From a virus: a stretch of DNA of 64,000 bases. Below, one piece after another: positions 63,974 to 64,000 of the stretch. Every line of letters begins with the position of its first letter. Within the stretch, counting starts at the first letter, position 1. The position numbers were made by a program, and so were the translations under genes. The notes below the pieces were generated by a model that had not been told where the DNA came from, made no database searches, and saw only the letters and a list, made by a program, of their open reading frames with translations. Where the stretch lies: IMG/VR virus record IMGVR_UViG_3300033149_003115, positions 1-64,000 of that record; one strand, written 5' to 3'.

Positions 63974-64000
63974 TAAAGATATATTAAGGGTATGTAAGTT

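Noticed and set aside
1-64000. tRNA, rRNA, capsid, terminase or integrase genes
   Set aside because: None recognised by eye; divergent examples could be missed without covariance or profile searches.

Overview
64 kb of a large archaeal virus or other extrachromosomal element. Essentially all credible genes are on the + strand, densely packed, often translationally coupled, with GGAGGTGA-type ribosome-binding sites and many TTG/GTG starts. Recognisable genes: archaeal family B DNA polymerase, RadA, short XPF/ERCC4 nuclease, DHH phosphoesterase, two ParB-like proteins, KaiC-like ATPase, MoxR AAA/VWA pair, CDC48-like AAA+ ATPase, GHKL ATPase-peptidase fusion, RNA ligase, several DNA/RNA methyltransferases, MazG-like, radical SAM, NAD-dependent epimerase and a LAGLIDADG homing endonuclease. 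I recognised no virion structural genes, tRNAs or classical CRISPR array. Top finding: a stand-alone RAMP/Cas7-like gene (30937-31506) directly preceded by three ~95-nt-spaced non-coding units made of 5-nt periodic G-[A/C/T]-T-NN pentamers, with a fourth unit 0.9 kb downstream. This looks like an RNA-guided system with a non-contiguous (VIPR-like) guide code using a GHT rather than GGY scaffold. Second: about 50 small, mostly unrelated proteins end in the same hydrophobic-hydrophobic-x-x-[L/I]-COOH tail, including three expanded Cys-rich families. Also seen: a tandem structured RNA motif before a TerD-like gene, a candidate UUU-CGG +1 frameshift, a homing endonuclease carrying a replacement 3' end of its target gene, and two dispersed palindrome families. 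All functional calls come from motif recognition by eye; no searches were run.
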